Source: Armatimonadota bacterium
Lineage (GTDB): Bacteria; Armatimonadota; SYMT01
DNA: 64,000 nucleotides
Direction of reading: 5' to 3'
NCBI GenBank assembly: GCA_041690135.1
Contig: JAWLHY010000002.1
Span: 128,001-192,000, forward strand
Below, in pieces: positions 19,229-29,800 of the stretch. The translations under genes were made by a program, and so were the position numbers. Position 1 is the first letter of the stretch. The number at the start of each line of letters is the position of its first letter. The notes below the pieces were generated by a model. It did not search any database. It was given only the letters and a program-made list of their open reading frames with translations, and was not told the DNA's origin.

Positions 19229-20368
19229 TCAAGCGGCCCGGCCGTTGGGAGACGGTGCCACGCGGGCGTGCCCCTTGCCGTTGCGCTTCACCTCGTAGAG
19301 GGCCTCATCCGCGCGCTTGATGAGAGACTCTTTGGTGTCACCCGCAACCGAGCCCGCCACCCCCACGCTGAAGGAGATGCGGACGGAGACGTGGCGGTCT
19401 TCGTGCTTGAAGTTGATGGGGCGTTGGGAGGCGATGCGGTCGAACCGTTCGGCCAGCCGGTCCGGCGGCGTGCCCGGGGCCAGCATGCAGAACTCGTCGC
19501 CGCCGTAGCGGCCCAGTACATCGCCGGGGCGGGCGATCTTGGTCAGCAGGTTCACCGCCATCTGCAGGATCTGGTCGCCCACCAGGTGGCCCAGGGTGTC
19601 GTTGATCCCCTTGAAGTTATCGAGGTCGATCATCGCCATCGCCAGGGGCGTGGGCGACTTGAGCGCCGCCTCAAGTTGCGCTTCGAAGCCGCCGCGATGA
19701 TAGATCCCGGTGAGGGCGTCGCGGGTGGCCTCGTGGCGCGCGCGCATCAGGGCCGCTTCGAGCTGCTGCACCTGCACGGCCAGGGCCATGGCGCGCTCGT
19801 CGTCCTGCTTCGACTTCTGGTCCAGCAAGGTGTTGGCCCGCTGCAGCTCCGACTCGAGGCGCTCGCGGACCTGCCGCAGGTCATCGAGGCGGACCACGGT
19901 GCCCAGGCGGTCGTGGATCCCGCGCAGGTTCTCGTGGAACTGCTGGTTGGCGGCGCCGTCTACCCGCTGGTGCTCCTGATAGAGCGACAGAAGTCGCCAG
20001 AGCTCGTCCTCTCGTTCGGACAGGTAACGGCGCTGGAGCTGCCCGAAGGCGCTCAGCGAGTCCGCGGCCCAGCGCCGGTGGCCTTCCAATTCCGTCGACT
20101 CGGATTCCGGCGAAAGGTGCGCCGCGGTTCGGCGCAACCGGTCCAGAAATCCGGGCGCGTCGAGATCCGGCGTGGAGAGCACGAAGTGCTCGATGCCGCG
20201 AAGCAGCTCTCTCGCAAGTTCGAGCGCGGCACCTGATGAGGTGTTGGACACCGCCGGAGCGGGAGCCGCGGGCGCGGGCGCGCTCACCTGGTGGGGAGCG
20301 GCGGGCGGCTCGCTGTTTGGCTCGGGCGCCGGCTTGCGGCCGAAGCCGAGAAGAAGCCGAGACGGCAT
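19229..20368 (-). CDS. Diguanylate cyclase (GGDEF) with N-terminal coiled coil
   Basis: RDALTG, DLDNFKGINDTLGHLVGD, I-site RPGD, RYGGDEF, RADEALY. Confidence 0.93.
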   Translation of the reverse strand: MPSRLLLGFGRKPAPEPNSEPPAAPHQVSAPAPAAPAPAVSNTSSGAALELARELLRGIEHFVLSTPDLDAPGFLDRLRRTAAHLSPESESTELEGHRRWAADSLSAFGQLQRRYLSEREDELWRLLSLYQEHQRVDGAANQQFHENLRGIHDRLGTVVRLDDLRQVRERLESELQRANTLLDQKSKQDDERAMALAVQVQQLEAALMRARHEATRDALTGIYHRGGFEAQLEAALKSPTPLAMAMIDLDNFKGINDTLGHLVGDQILQMAVNLLTKIARPGDVLGRYGGDEFCMLAPGTPPDRLAERFDRIASQRPINFKHEDRHVSVRISFSVGVAGSVAGDTKESLIKRADEALYEVKRNGKGHARVAPSPNGRAA

Positions 20369-20568
20369 CGAATGTGTGTCCCTGGTGCTGACCTGGCCCT
20401 ATTAATAGTTGGGCCTTATTATCTATTGTTCCGGATTTCTCCGGAAAGTGGAGAGCCCGCTGCGGATTTATCCCGGCGGCTTCGCCGGAAGGACTCGCGA
20501 CCGTCGGCCCCGCATGGTAAATCGTCGGCTGCCGGGCCGACTAAAGCCCCGCTTCGGAAAGGACTCTC

Positions 20569-21549
20569 ATGAACCGTCCTCCCATTGATTTTACCCCCGT
20601 GCCCGCGGCAACCTTGCGGCGCTTCGTGTTGACCGTGTTCGCAGCCGCCGGGATGCCGGAGAGCCACGCTTCCCTGCTTGCGGATCTCCTGACCACGAAC
20701 GATCTACGGGGCGTTTTCAGCCATGGTACCCGACAAACCGCAGCGTACGTCGATCATTTTCGGGCCGAACGCCTGACTCCCCGTCCTGAAGTGCGCGTGA
20801 TCGAGGAGACCCCCACCACGCTGGTGGTGGACGGGGGCGGCGGCCTGGGGTATTTCCCGGCGCACCTGGCCGCGACTCGCCTGGGACCTAAGGCCCGGGA
20901 GCTGGGCCTGGCGGCGGCCCTCACCCGGAACCACGGCCACATCGGGGCGGCGGGAATCTACGCCCGCATTCCGCTGGAGCATGATCTCTTCTGTTACGTT
21001 ACTTCCGGACATCAATTAGACCTCCAACCCGGGCAAACCATTCTGAGCGCGGCGGGAGGCTCGCCGCATTCCTTTGCGCTTCCGACCGGTGACGAGCCTC
21101 CTTTCGTGCTCGACTTTGGGGCTGTGCACGATATGTATCCGGGATCGCCTCACGTGGACCAGTTGATTGCGCTGGCGCCGGGAACGGTATTCCGCTCCAT
21201 CGGCCTGGGGGCGGTGTGCCAGGCGCTGGGCGGTTTCCTGGCGGGCGTGCCCGTCGACCCATCGCGCGCGCAGCGGGAGTGGAGCGGAGCCAACCAGGGG
21301 TGTTTCATGATCGCGGTGGACCTCCGGCGGTTCTGCGCTCTCGACGCTTTCAAGCGGGAGATGGACGAGTACGCGCGCCGCGTCCGCGAGCTAAAGCCGC
21401 TGGCCGGGTTCGACCAGGCGATGCTGGCCGGGGAGCTCGAATGGCGGCGGGAACGCCAGTACGCGGAAGAAGGCATCCCGGTCGGAGCGGAGCACGCCGA
21501 GTTACTGCGGAAGCTTGCCGCCGACTACGGCCTCCAGCCGCCCCTGTGA
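20569..21549 (+). CDS. Ldh_2 (malate/L-lactate dehydrogenase-like) oxidoreductase
   Basis: DLRGVFSHG, VDGGGGLGY, RNHGHIGAAGIY, FVLDF, MLAGELE. Confidence 0.85.
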   Translation: MNRPPIDFTPVPAATLRRFVLTVFAAAGMPESHASLLADLLTTNDLRGVFSHGTRQTAAYVDHFRAERLTPRPEVRVIEETPTTLVVDGGGGLGYFPAHLAATRLGPKARELGLAAALTRNHGHIGAAGIYARIPLEHDLFCYVTSGHQLDLQPGQTILSAAGGSPHSFALPTGDEPPFVLDFGAVHDMYPGSPHVDQLIALAPGTVFRSIGLGAVCQALGGFLAGVPVDPSRAQREWSGANQGCFMIAVDLRRFCALDAFKREMDEYARRVRELKPLAGFDQAMLAGELEWRRERQYAEEGIPVGAEHAELLRKLAADYGLQPPL

Positions 21550-21606
21550 TACCGATATCGGGTGCAGACGGGTACGGAGTGGACAGGTATCGAAAGGAGG
21601 ACCGGA

Positions 21607-23199
21607 GTGGCCCAGTGGCAGCGATATCAGGAGTATCTGTTCCGAGATGAAGCTCTCGGAGTCTCGGTCGACATCAGCCGGATGGGGTTCCCGGAGGGTT
21701 TCTTCCAGCAGATGGCAGCGCCGATGGCGGGTGCCTTCGAAGCGATGACTCGGCTGGAAGCGGGGGAGATCGCCAATCCGGATGAAAACCGGATGGTCGG
21801 CCACTACTGGCTCCGCGCTCCGGAACTGGCGCCGGCGGAACACCCGGAGATCCGCCGGGGAATCGAAGAGACGCAGGCCCGCATCCACACTTTCGCGGCG
21901 AAGGTCCATTCCGGCGAGATCGCCCCGCCCGGCGGCGGCCGGTTCCGGAACCTCCTCCTGGTCGGTATCGGCGGCTCGGCGCTGGGTCCGCAATTCGTGG
22001 CGGATGCACTGGGTGGGCCGGACCAGCCGCTGCGCCCCTTCTTCCTGGATAATACCGATCCGGACGGCATGGATCGGGTGTTCGCGGAAATCGGCGCCGG
22101 ACTCGGCGAGACTCTGGTTGTGGTGGCCTCCAAGTCCGGAGGGACGGAAGAGACCCGCAATGGGATGCTGGAGACCCGCGCGGCCTTTGAGCGGGCGGGG
22201 CTAGAGTTCGGACCCCATGCCGTGGCCATCACCCAGCAGGGGAGCAAGCTGGACCGGATCGCGGAGAGCGGCGGCTGGCGGGAGCGGTTCCCGATGTGGG
22301 ACTGGGTGGGTGGCCGCACCTCCGTCACTTCGGCCGTGGGTCTGCTGCCGGCGGTCCTCCTGGGCTACGACATCGATGGACTGCTGGCGGGGGCGCGTCA
22401 GATGGACGCCGCGACCCGAGTCCGCGACGCCCGCAAGAACCCGGCCGCCCTGCTGGCGCTGATGTGGTACTACGCCGGGGACGGGAAGGGCGAAAAGGAT
22501 ATGGTCGTTCTCCCGTACAAGGACCGCCTTCAGCTCTGTGCCCGCTACCTGCAGCAGTTGGTGATGGAGTCCCTCGGCAAGGAGTTCGACCTCGAGGGCC
22601 GCCGGGTGAACCAGGGCATCGTGGTCTACGGCAACAAGGGCAGCACCGATCAGCACGCCTACGTCCAGCAGCTCCGCGAAGGCGCCAACAACTTCTTCGC
22701 CACCTTCATCCAGGTATTGGAAGATCGGGAAGGCGAGCCGCTGGAACTGGAGCCGGGTGTCACCAGTGGTGACTCGCTCCTCGGGTTCCTGCTCGGCACC
22801 CGGCGGGCGCTGGCGGAGAATGACCGCGAGTCCCTCACCCTGACCCTGGACCGGGTAGACGCCGCCTCCCTCGGCAAGCTCATTGCCCTCTACGAGCGGG
22901 CGGTCGGCTTCTATGCCACCCTGATCGGGATTAATGCCTACCACCAGCCGGGCGTCGAAGCCGGCAAAAAGGCGGCCGGCCAGGTGATCGACCTGCAGAA
23001 GCGTGTCCAACCGGCGATCGCTGCCGCCGCAGAGCCTCTCACCGCGGAAGACGCGGCCGGAGCCCTGGGCGCGCCGGAAGAGGTGGAGACCGTTTACCAC
23101 ATCCTCCGCCACCTGTCCGCCAATCCCGGTCGCGGTGTGCGGCGTGTCCCGGGCACTACTCCCGCTGAGGATCGCTTCGGGCCGGAAGCCGGAGCCTAA
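21607..23199 (+). CDS. pgi: Glucose-6-phosphate isomerase
   Basis: [63 protein letters not shown]; GTG start after AGGAGG. Confidence 0.96.
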   Translation: MAQWQRYQEYLFRDEALGVSVDISRMGFPEGFFQQMAAPMAGAFEAMTRLEAGEIANPDENRMVGHYWLRAPELAPAEHPEIRRGIEETQARIHTFAAKVHSGEIAPPGGGRFRNLLLVGIGGSALGPQFVADALGGPDQPLRPFFLDNTDPDGMDRVFAEIGAGLGETLVVVASKSGGTEETRNGMLETRAAFERAGLEFGPHAVAITQQGSKLDRIAESGGWRERFPMWDWVGGRTSVTSAVGLLPAVLLGYDIDGLLAGARQMDAATRVRDARKNPAALLALMWYYAGDGKGEKDMVVLPYKDRLQLCARYLQQLVMESLGKEFDLEGRRVNQGIVVYGNKGSTDQHAYVQQLREGANNFFATFIQVLEDREGEPLELEPGVTSGDSLLGFLLGTRRALAENDRESLTLTLDRVDAASLGKLIALYERAVGFYATLIGINAYHQPGVEAGKKAAGQVIDLQKRVQPAIAAAAEPLTAEDAAGALGAPEEVETVYHILRHLSANPGRGVRRVPGTTPAEDRFGPEAGA

Positions 23200-23251
23200 C
23201 GGCGCGGCACCGCCGGCGATTGCGGGCATCCTGAACACAGAGTAGACCCAA

Positions 23252-23275
23252 GGCGGAGTCTCGGAAGACTCCGCC
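23252..23275 (+). terminator. Hairpin between pgi and the cupin gene
   Basis: GGCGGAGTCT-CGGA-AGACTCCGCC, perfect 10-bp stem. Confidence 0.45.
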
Positions 23276-23293
23276 AGTTCAGGAGACACGCAA

Positions 23294-23674
23294 ATGCTCG
23301 AGCACACCCGCGAGGCAAGGGAAGTCCGCTTTCATCCCCAGTCGGTTCACCATTTCCCCCTGTCGGCCGCCATCCGGGAGCTTCGGCAGGAACCGGTGTA
23401 CGACGTGAACGGGCATACGGGCACCACCCTGGTGAAGCATTCCGATCTGCGGGTGGTCCTCCAGGCGATGCAGCCCGGCGCGGCCCTCAAGGAGCATCAC
23501 GCTCCGGGCCCGATCAGCGTGCAGGTGCTGGAAGGGGAACTGCGCTTCGAGGCGGAAGGCGAGGTCTTCTACCTTATAGCCGGGGATCTCCTGACCCTTC
23601 CCGCGGGTGTACCTCATTCGGTCGAAGCGGTGAAGGAAAGCGCCTTCCTGCTCACCATCGCTCCGTCGAACTGA
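23294..23674 (+). CDS. Cupin domain protein
   Basis: LKEHHAPGPISVQVLEG, LPAGVPHSVEA; RBS AGGAG. Confidence 0.88.
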   Translation: MLEHTREAREVRFHPQSVHHFPLSAAIRELRQEPVYDVNGHTGTTLVKHSDLRVVLQAMQPGAALKEHHAPGPISVQVLEGELRFEAEGEVFYLIAGDLLTLPAGVPHSVEAVKESAFLLTIAPSN

Positions 23675-23696
23675 AAGGAACACCGGGCGCCTCCTT

Positions 23697-24030
23697 GCGC
23701 AGGGCTAAACCCCTGCGCACCGTCCCCGCACCGTCCCGGCACCCCACACCCGCGCGCGGGTACCCGGGCGTAAACCTCCGCGGGCACGCCGTGCACCCGG
23801 TCCCGCGCAGGGCTAAACCCCTGCGCTCCGGTACCGCACCGTCCCCGCCTCCGCAGGCACGCATCACGCGCATTTGTCTTGGCGAGTTCCGGACGTTTGC
23901 TGACGCATACCCGGTTGCACAGGGATCGCGGTAGCAGTACTGGGCGAAAACCGGGCGCCCACGGAGGTTTACGCCCCGAGGGGGTGTGGGCAGCGTGCAT
24001 TTCCAAAGCCCGCCCGTTCAGGGGCGGCGC
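23697..24030. repeat. REP/BIME-like cluster with micro-inserts
   Basis: GCGCAGGGCTAAACCCCTGCGC twice (23697-23718, 23805-23826); long insert 23741-23775 on the minus strand; short insert 23967-23985; flanks match 12679-12720. Confidence 0.82.
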
Positions 24031-24072
24031 GGGGTGGCGCACCGCATACGCGGTTCATCCACCCGCGCATTG

Positions 24073-24513
24073 TTAGGCGGAGCGCCGGATCCACGCCGCG
24101 GAAGCGCTGTCGAAAATGTGGAAGCGGTTTTCCAGCCGCAGCAAGCTTAGCGTCCGCTGCACGCGGCTGTCCGGGCGGAGCACCAGCCGGAACTCCGCGC
24201 CGCCCTCGGCTTTCGCTTCCATGCTCTCCTGCAGTTGCAGCAGCGCCCGCACCCCCGTGCTATCGAGGTAATCCGTGCGGCGCAGGTCCACCACGACGCG
24301 GCTGGCCGCTTCACAGAACGGCTTCAACCGGCGGAGCACTTCGGGCGCGTGTTCCCCGTCGAACGGGCCGTCGATGCGGGCGAGGACCATCTTCCCCGAC
24401 TCCACCACGCGCATGTCGAACGGTTTGGGGTGGCCCAGGCTCGCCCCAGGATGCTCGGCGACCGTGAGGTCTCCGTCATCCGTCCATACTTCGTTCTGAA
24501 ACTGGATCGGCAC
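24073..24513 (-). CDS. STAS domain anti-sigma-factor antagonist
   Basis: VVVDLRRTDYLDSTGVRALL (phosphorylatable Ser motif), VQRTLSLLRL; GTG at 24513 with GGGAG RBS; alternative upstream ATGs exist. Confidence 0.85.
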   Translation of the reverse strand: MPIQFQNEVWTDDGDLTVAEHPGASLGHPKPFDMRVVESGKMVLARIDGPFDGEHAPEVLRRLKPFCEAASRVVVDLRRTDYLDSTGVRALLQLQESMEAKAEGGAEFRLVLRPDSRVQRTLSLLRLENRFHIFDSASAAWIRRSA

Positions 24514-24987
24514 CTGTTCTCCCTTTCCGTATGCCATTGCTTGTGGGCCGCGGCTGCCGTCTCCGGCTAACTGATCTCGACCCATTTCTCTATCCCGTTC
24601 GCGGCGGTGCTGCGCTCTACCGGGCCACTCCGCGGTCTCCGTTTCGGCGCCGCCGCTCTGGCCGCAGGCGTAGAGGCTGCCTGCCAGTGGGATGTACCGC
24701 ACTCCACGCGCGTCAAAACTCGCGGTGGACATTCTTAAGTGGCTGCAGAACTGGCTTCAGAAGCATCCCAGCCCAATTCCGCCGCGGTCCGATCACACAA
24801 TCCCGGATCATCCCTATCATCCGGATCTTAACGGACCCTTCAAAAACTGCAAGGCACCCGCCGGGGAAGCGTTTAGTCTTTCAGCCCCCGTGGGCAGCAC
24901 AAGCCGGTGCCTGGAGGCTGCCGACCCGGCGACCTCTGCCACCAATCACCCCGGCGAACCTCGTCGGCGCAGTCCCAAGGAGGTTGA

Positions 24988-26709
24988 GTGCGGCTATCCG
25001 CAGTGATTCTCGGCGTGGCGTGTGCCCTGACAACAGTGGCGCACCCTGCTTTTTCGGCGCCGCCGGCAACGGAGGCCCCCATCTTGCCTCGGTTGCCCCC
25101 ACCGGTAGAGGTGCGCACGGCCGGGCGGGTCTACCCGGTTTTCGCACACGCGCACACGCATCACGCTGGTTGGACCGACACCACGGCCTACGTCCATCAG
25201 CCTCAGGACATAAGCCTGCGCTGGCACATTGACCCGGGGGGGAGCGCCGTTCTCAAGGTGCGAGATGCCTGGGATCCGGTCGCCCCCTGGCGCGACCTGC
25301 GAAAGTGGGAGCGTTCCGATCTCGAACGGGGGGAAACGCGGCTCCGCATCGAACGGCCGAGTCTCCTCTGGCTGCGGGTGCGCGCCGCCCGCTGGCCCCG
25401 GAGCGGCGTTGCCAGTCTGCGGGCCGACTACGAGCGCCGGACCCTCGCGGTGCTTCGGGGAACTCCGGGGAAGATCCGGAAGCCGGTCATTGTGGCGGAG
25501 GGGTACGACCCTTTCAACGAACAGGACTGGAACGACCCGGCCTGGCAGGACGACGTCACCTTTGCCCGCCTTGTGAACGAAGGACGGCGACAGCACGATC
25601 TGGACCCATGGATCCTGGACTGGGGGGATGCCGCCGCACCTCTCCAGCAGCAAGCGGAAGACTTCGCCGATCTGGCGCGGCAGATCCGGACCTGGGCGGG
25701 CGGGCAGCGGCCCACGGTGGCGGTGGGAATCAGCATGGGCGCCGTGTCGCTGCGGTACGCCCTCGCCGCCGCGGCCGAAAGCAAGACGGACCTTGGGGTG
25801 CGCAAGTACATCAGCATCAACGGCCCCCACCGCGGCGCCTGGGTGAACCCGGAGCTGTACCGGTTTCTGCTGAAACGGGGCTCGGAAGGCAGTGGGCAGA
25901 AGGCAGTGGGCAGAAGGCAGTCGGCAGAAGGCAGTCGGCAGTTGGCAGAGGCCAAAGGACAGAGGGCAGTGGGCAATGGGTTGGATGCACCGGCTGAGGA
26001 CCCGGACTCTCCTAATCGTAATCCTAGTCCTAATCGGCCGCAGGCGCCGCCCAACCCCCTCCAACGTGCGCTCGGCAGTCCAGCCGCACAACAACTCATC
26101 ATCGGTGCGCCGTTGCACGCGGCGTTTTACACGAGCCTGCGCGCGCAGGGAGAGAACGGGTACGCTCCGGCCATTCCCCGGGCCGCGTTCAGCACCGGAT
26201 CGCTGGTGAAAGAAGGCACCGACCTGGCGGAACTGGTGAAGGGCAAGGCCGCGGTGATTCACCGGGTGCAGGTGCGCCCGCTCTGGCTGCCCCTTTGGAT
26301 CACGGTCCGCAAGACCCGCCGCGATTTCCGCTACGGTGCTTTCCCCGGAGAATTGCTGCCGGAGAGCATGCGCACGCCGGTCAAGGGCCACGTGCGCTTC
26401 CTCTCGATCTTTCGGTTCGACTTCCGCACGGATTGGGAGAAGATCCCGACCTTCATTCCCACGCACAGTGCGCTCGACTTCCCCGAGGAACTGGAGGGCG
26501 GACCCCGCCGGTTCCGCTACGAACACTGGCGGCAGTCCGCCTTTCCGCAAATCTACGTGAGCCAGGACCGGAACCTGCCGCACGACGCTACCCGCGTTAA
26601 CTGGATCGACCCCCGTACCGGCAAGCCAGCCCCTCGGGACGCAGACGCCATCCTGCACGAAATCGCAGTCGCTTACGGCCCGGCAGGTCGAAAGGCCGCC
26701 CGTGAATGA
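24988..26709 (+). CDS. Secreted alpha/beta-hydrolase (lipase/esterase-like) with an in-frame heptamer-repeat insert
   Basis: Signal peptide; KPVIVAEGYDP, GISMGAV nucleophile elbow, YISINGPHRGA, FIPTHSALD. Confidence 0.75.
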   Translation: MRLSAVILGVACALTTVAHPAFSAPPATEAPILPRLPPPVEVRTAGRVYPVFAHAHTHHAGWTDTTAYVHQPQDISLRWHIDPGGSAVLKVRDAWDPVAPWRDLRKWERSDLERGETRLRIERPSLLWLRVRAARWPRSGVASLRADYERRTLAVLRGTPGKIRKPVIVAEGYDPFNEQDWNDPAWQDDVTFARLVNEGRRQHDLDPWILDWGDAAAPLQQQAEDFADLARQIRTWAGGQRPTVAVGISMGAVSLRYALAAAAESKTDLGVRKYISINGPHRGAWVNPELYRFLLKRGSEGSGQKAVGRRQSAEGSRQLAEAKGQRAVGNGLDAPAEDPDSPNRNPSPNRPQAPPNPLQRALGSPAAQQLIIGAPLHAAFYTSLRAQGENGYAPAIPRAAFSTGSLVKEGTDLAELVKGKAAVIHRVQVRPLWLPLWITVRKTRRDFRYGAFPGELLPESMRTPVKGHVRFLSIFRFDFRTDWEKIPTFIPTHSALDFPEELEGGPRRFRYEHWRQSAFPQIYVSQDRNLPHDATRVNWIDPRTGKPAPRDADAILHEIAVAYGPAGRKAARE

Positions 26710-26822
26710 CTTGCCCCCCTTCCCGGGTATAAGAGCGACCAGGGCTTACTCCGCAGGTACGCGACCGGGTATCGGGAGCTTCCAAAGCGGGAAGTTCGCG
26801 GCAATGGCGTGTGAGGGGTGCG

Positions 26823-29800
26823 ATGCGGAACTGGCGACAATGGCGAAGACGGGTGTGGGTGCTGCTGCTGCTAGGGCTGCTTGGCGGAGGAATTACCGCA
26901 TATCGAGCCCAGGAATTCGCCCGGCGTGAGCTGCCCGACTACCTGGCACGTTACCTTTCGCAAGTGCTCCAGCGGCCCGTAGAGATCGGGAAGGTGAGCG
27001 CCTGGCCTCCCGGGGCTTTCTCGCTCAAAGGCCTGGAAGTGTTGCCGGGGCCGGATGAAGCGGCGTCGCCGATCACGGCCCGGCGGGCGCGGGTCTATAT
27101 CGATTGGTGGCGCCTGCTTCATGGGCACGTCCAGGTGCGGCGGATCCACCTCGACCAGGCGCACCTGCGCGCTTCCCTCGACCTAGCTGGAGCCGACGCC
27201 GCCCAGGCGAACGTGGGTGAGACGCTGCTTTCACTATCTTCGCTGGGGCTGGTCGAACTCGGGCTGCACGACTCGGCGGTGGACATCACGGCAACTCTCG
27301 CGAATGGAGTCACCCAGCCGGTGACGATCCGCGGGATAGATTTCCGCACGCGACTGCGGCACGACTCCTTCGTCTTTGTCACCGCATGGAACCGGTGGTC
27401 CGCGGGCGGGCTTTCGGCACAGGACCTGCGTTTCGCGGGCAAGGGCGATGCCCGCACGATCACGCTGACGAAGAGCCATGCCCGGTTCCAGGGGGGAAAG
27501 CTCGAAGCGGAAGGGACCTACCTCACTCAGGGCGGGGATGTGGCCATGCAGGTGGCGGTGCGGGACCTCCCCCTGGGCGACCTGACGCAGCAGTTGGGCA
27601 TCCCGGAAGAGTGGGCGGTCGAGGGGAAGCTGAATGGCACGATCGAAGTAAGCGCCATCTCGGGCGAACTCCAGCGCATCGACGGGACGGTACGGGTGGC
27701 GCAGGGTTCGATCGCCCGCTCCCGCGCCGTTTTCCCCTGGACGACGGCAACGGCCATCGTCGACTGGGATCGCGAAACGATCACCTTGAAGGAGATCGAC
27801 ATCCGCGGGGACGGGATCCGGCTGGGCGGCCAGGCGGACCTGCGGGGTGACCCCTCCGCGCCATTCCCCGAGCGCTTCTACCGGGCGGAAGGCCGGGTGG
27901 AAGCGACCAGTGCGGAGGCCGTCGCCGCGCTGGCGCGGGTGCTTGCGTTCAGTAACTCGGTTCCGAACGGCTGGAGCGTTCGCCGCGGCACCCTCGACTT
28001 CCGGGCCCACGGAAAGGTGGCCGAGATGGAAGAGTCCCACGCCCTGGGCGAGTTCGCGGCCGAGGGCCTGGCGCTGCAAGTCGCGCCCCGGCGTGGCGCT
28101 CTCGAGATAGCCGCGGTCCGCGGGAAGTTCTCGCGCCGGGACGACCGGCTGGAGGTGACGGAGGTCGTCGGAACCGCCGAGGGTCTCACGGCCCATGCCG
28201 AAGCGCTGATCACCCCCGGGGAGGGGAACCGGGGCGGGACGTTCCGCACCACCGGCCGGGTGGAGTTTACCAGCCTGGCCACCCTCCGGCAGCAGCTACC
28301 GGAAGTGCCCCTGTGGGAGTGGGTGCTGCCCGCGCGCCCTGCCTCGCGCGGTGAGATCACGTTCGCCGCGCACGGTCCGACGTCCGCCCCGGAGAACCTG
28401 ACCGGCTCGGGCAGTTTCCGGTTCCGGGAGTTCTCCGCCCGGGTCACACCGGCGCAAGGAGAGCGTCCCTGGACCTTTCCGGTGCGAGCCGTGACGGGCC
28501 GGTATGCCCTGGAAGACGGCGATCTCGCGCTGCGGGGAGTCCGGCTGCAGTCCGACCTGTTCACCGCCGACGCCCAGGGCACCCTTCGGGATGTAGCCCA
28601 GAAGGGTCCGTTCGTCGGACGCGCTCGCCTGGTCTCTTCTCGCTGGCGGGAACTGCCCCCGCTCCAGGGGCGAGTGCCGGCGGGATTAACGGGCGGTACC
28701 CTCGCGCTGGAGTTGCGTACCGCGGGTGCTACGGAAGGTCCGGCCCCGCTGGTCGGCACCGTGGACTTGCGGGGGGCCACCTACCTGGCTGCGTTCCACG
28801 GACGGCAGCGCCGTCTCCAGTTGGAGACGGCACGGGCGGATTTCCGGTTGGCCGGGGACCGGATTACTATCCCGTCTTACCACGTGGTATCCCCTCAGTT
28901 CACGACCACCGGTTCCGGCTCCGGACGGCAGCGACGCCGAGGCCGGGAGGCGGGCTGGCAGGTCCACGGTGAAGGCACGCTGGTGACCCGCAACGCGGGC
29001 GAGTTGCTCCGGTGGGTTTCCGGCCGGGAAGTGCTGCGTGGCGGCGCACTCCGCGCGCAGTATGTGGTAGACAGCCACACCTCTGCCCCCGAGCGGGCGA
29101 TCACCACCGCGAACGTGCGGATTACCGGCGGGCACCCGGTCTTACCCCCGGGCGCCCTGCCTTTCCGCCCGGAGGAGACTCGCATCGTCGCGCTGACCGG
29201 CCGATTCCATTCCCGCGGTGGAGTCGTCCGGTTTCGTGATGCCGTCTGGCAGGCGCCCCGGTTTCGTGCGGAAGGTGAGGGCATCTTCGACGGCACGAAC
29301 CTGGCGGGCGATTTCCGTCTGACCACCCGCAACTGGCAGGCCCTCGCGGGGAATCTCGTGCGCGGACTGCCGGTAGCCGGCGGCACCCTGACCCTGGCGG
29401 GCCGCCTGGAAGGACCGGTTGCCGGGCTGCGTACCCGCCCGTTCCGGGGAACCGTCACGCTGCGCGGAGCGCGCCTGGCGCAGGTTTCCGGATGGAACGT
29501 GGTCGGTGGGGAGTTGGACCTCCGGACGGGGGTGAGCGGCACGCTGGATCGGCTGGCCGCCAGTACCCTCGAAGGCACCTTTTCCGTCCGCAACCTCACC
29601 CTACCACCGCTCCGGGCCGGGTCCGAGCGCCTGCATATCACGGTGGCGCGAGGGAGTTTTGCCCGGGAGGGCGACCGGATGAATCTGCGGAACCTGGTGG
29701 CCCGGGCGGGCGGGGCCCGGCTTACCGGCCGCGGCTCCCTGCGGGGGATGGGCACACGGGCGCTCTCCCACTCGTTCGCGCTGGCGGCACGGGGCGAGTC

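Noticed and set aside
12440-24030. Palindromic repeat clusters as possible CRISPR arrays
   Set aside because: Only two or three degenerate units per cluster, spacers are themselves repeated, and there are no cas genes
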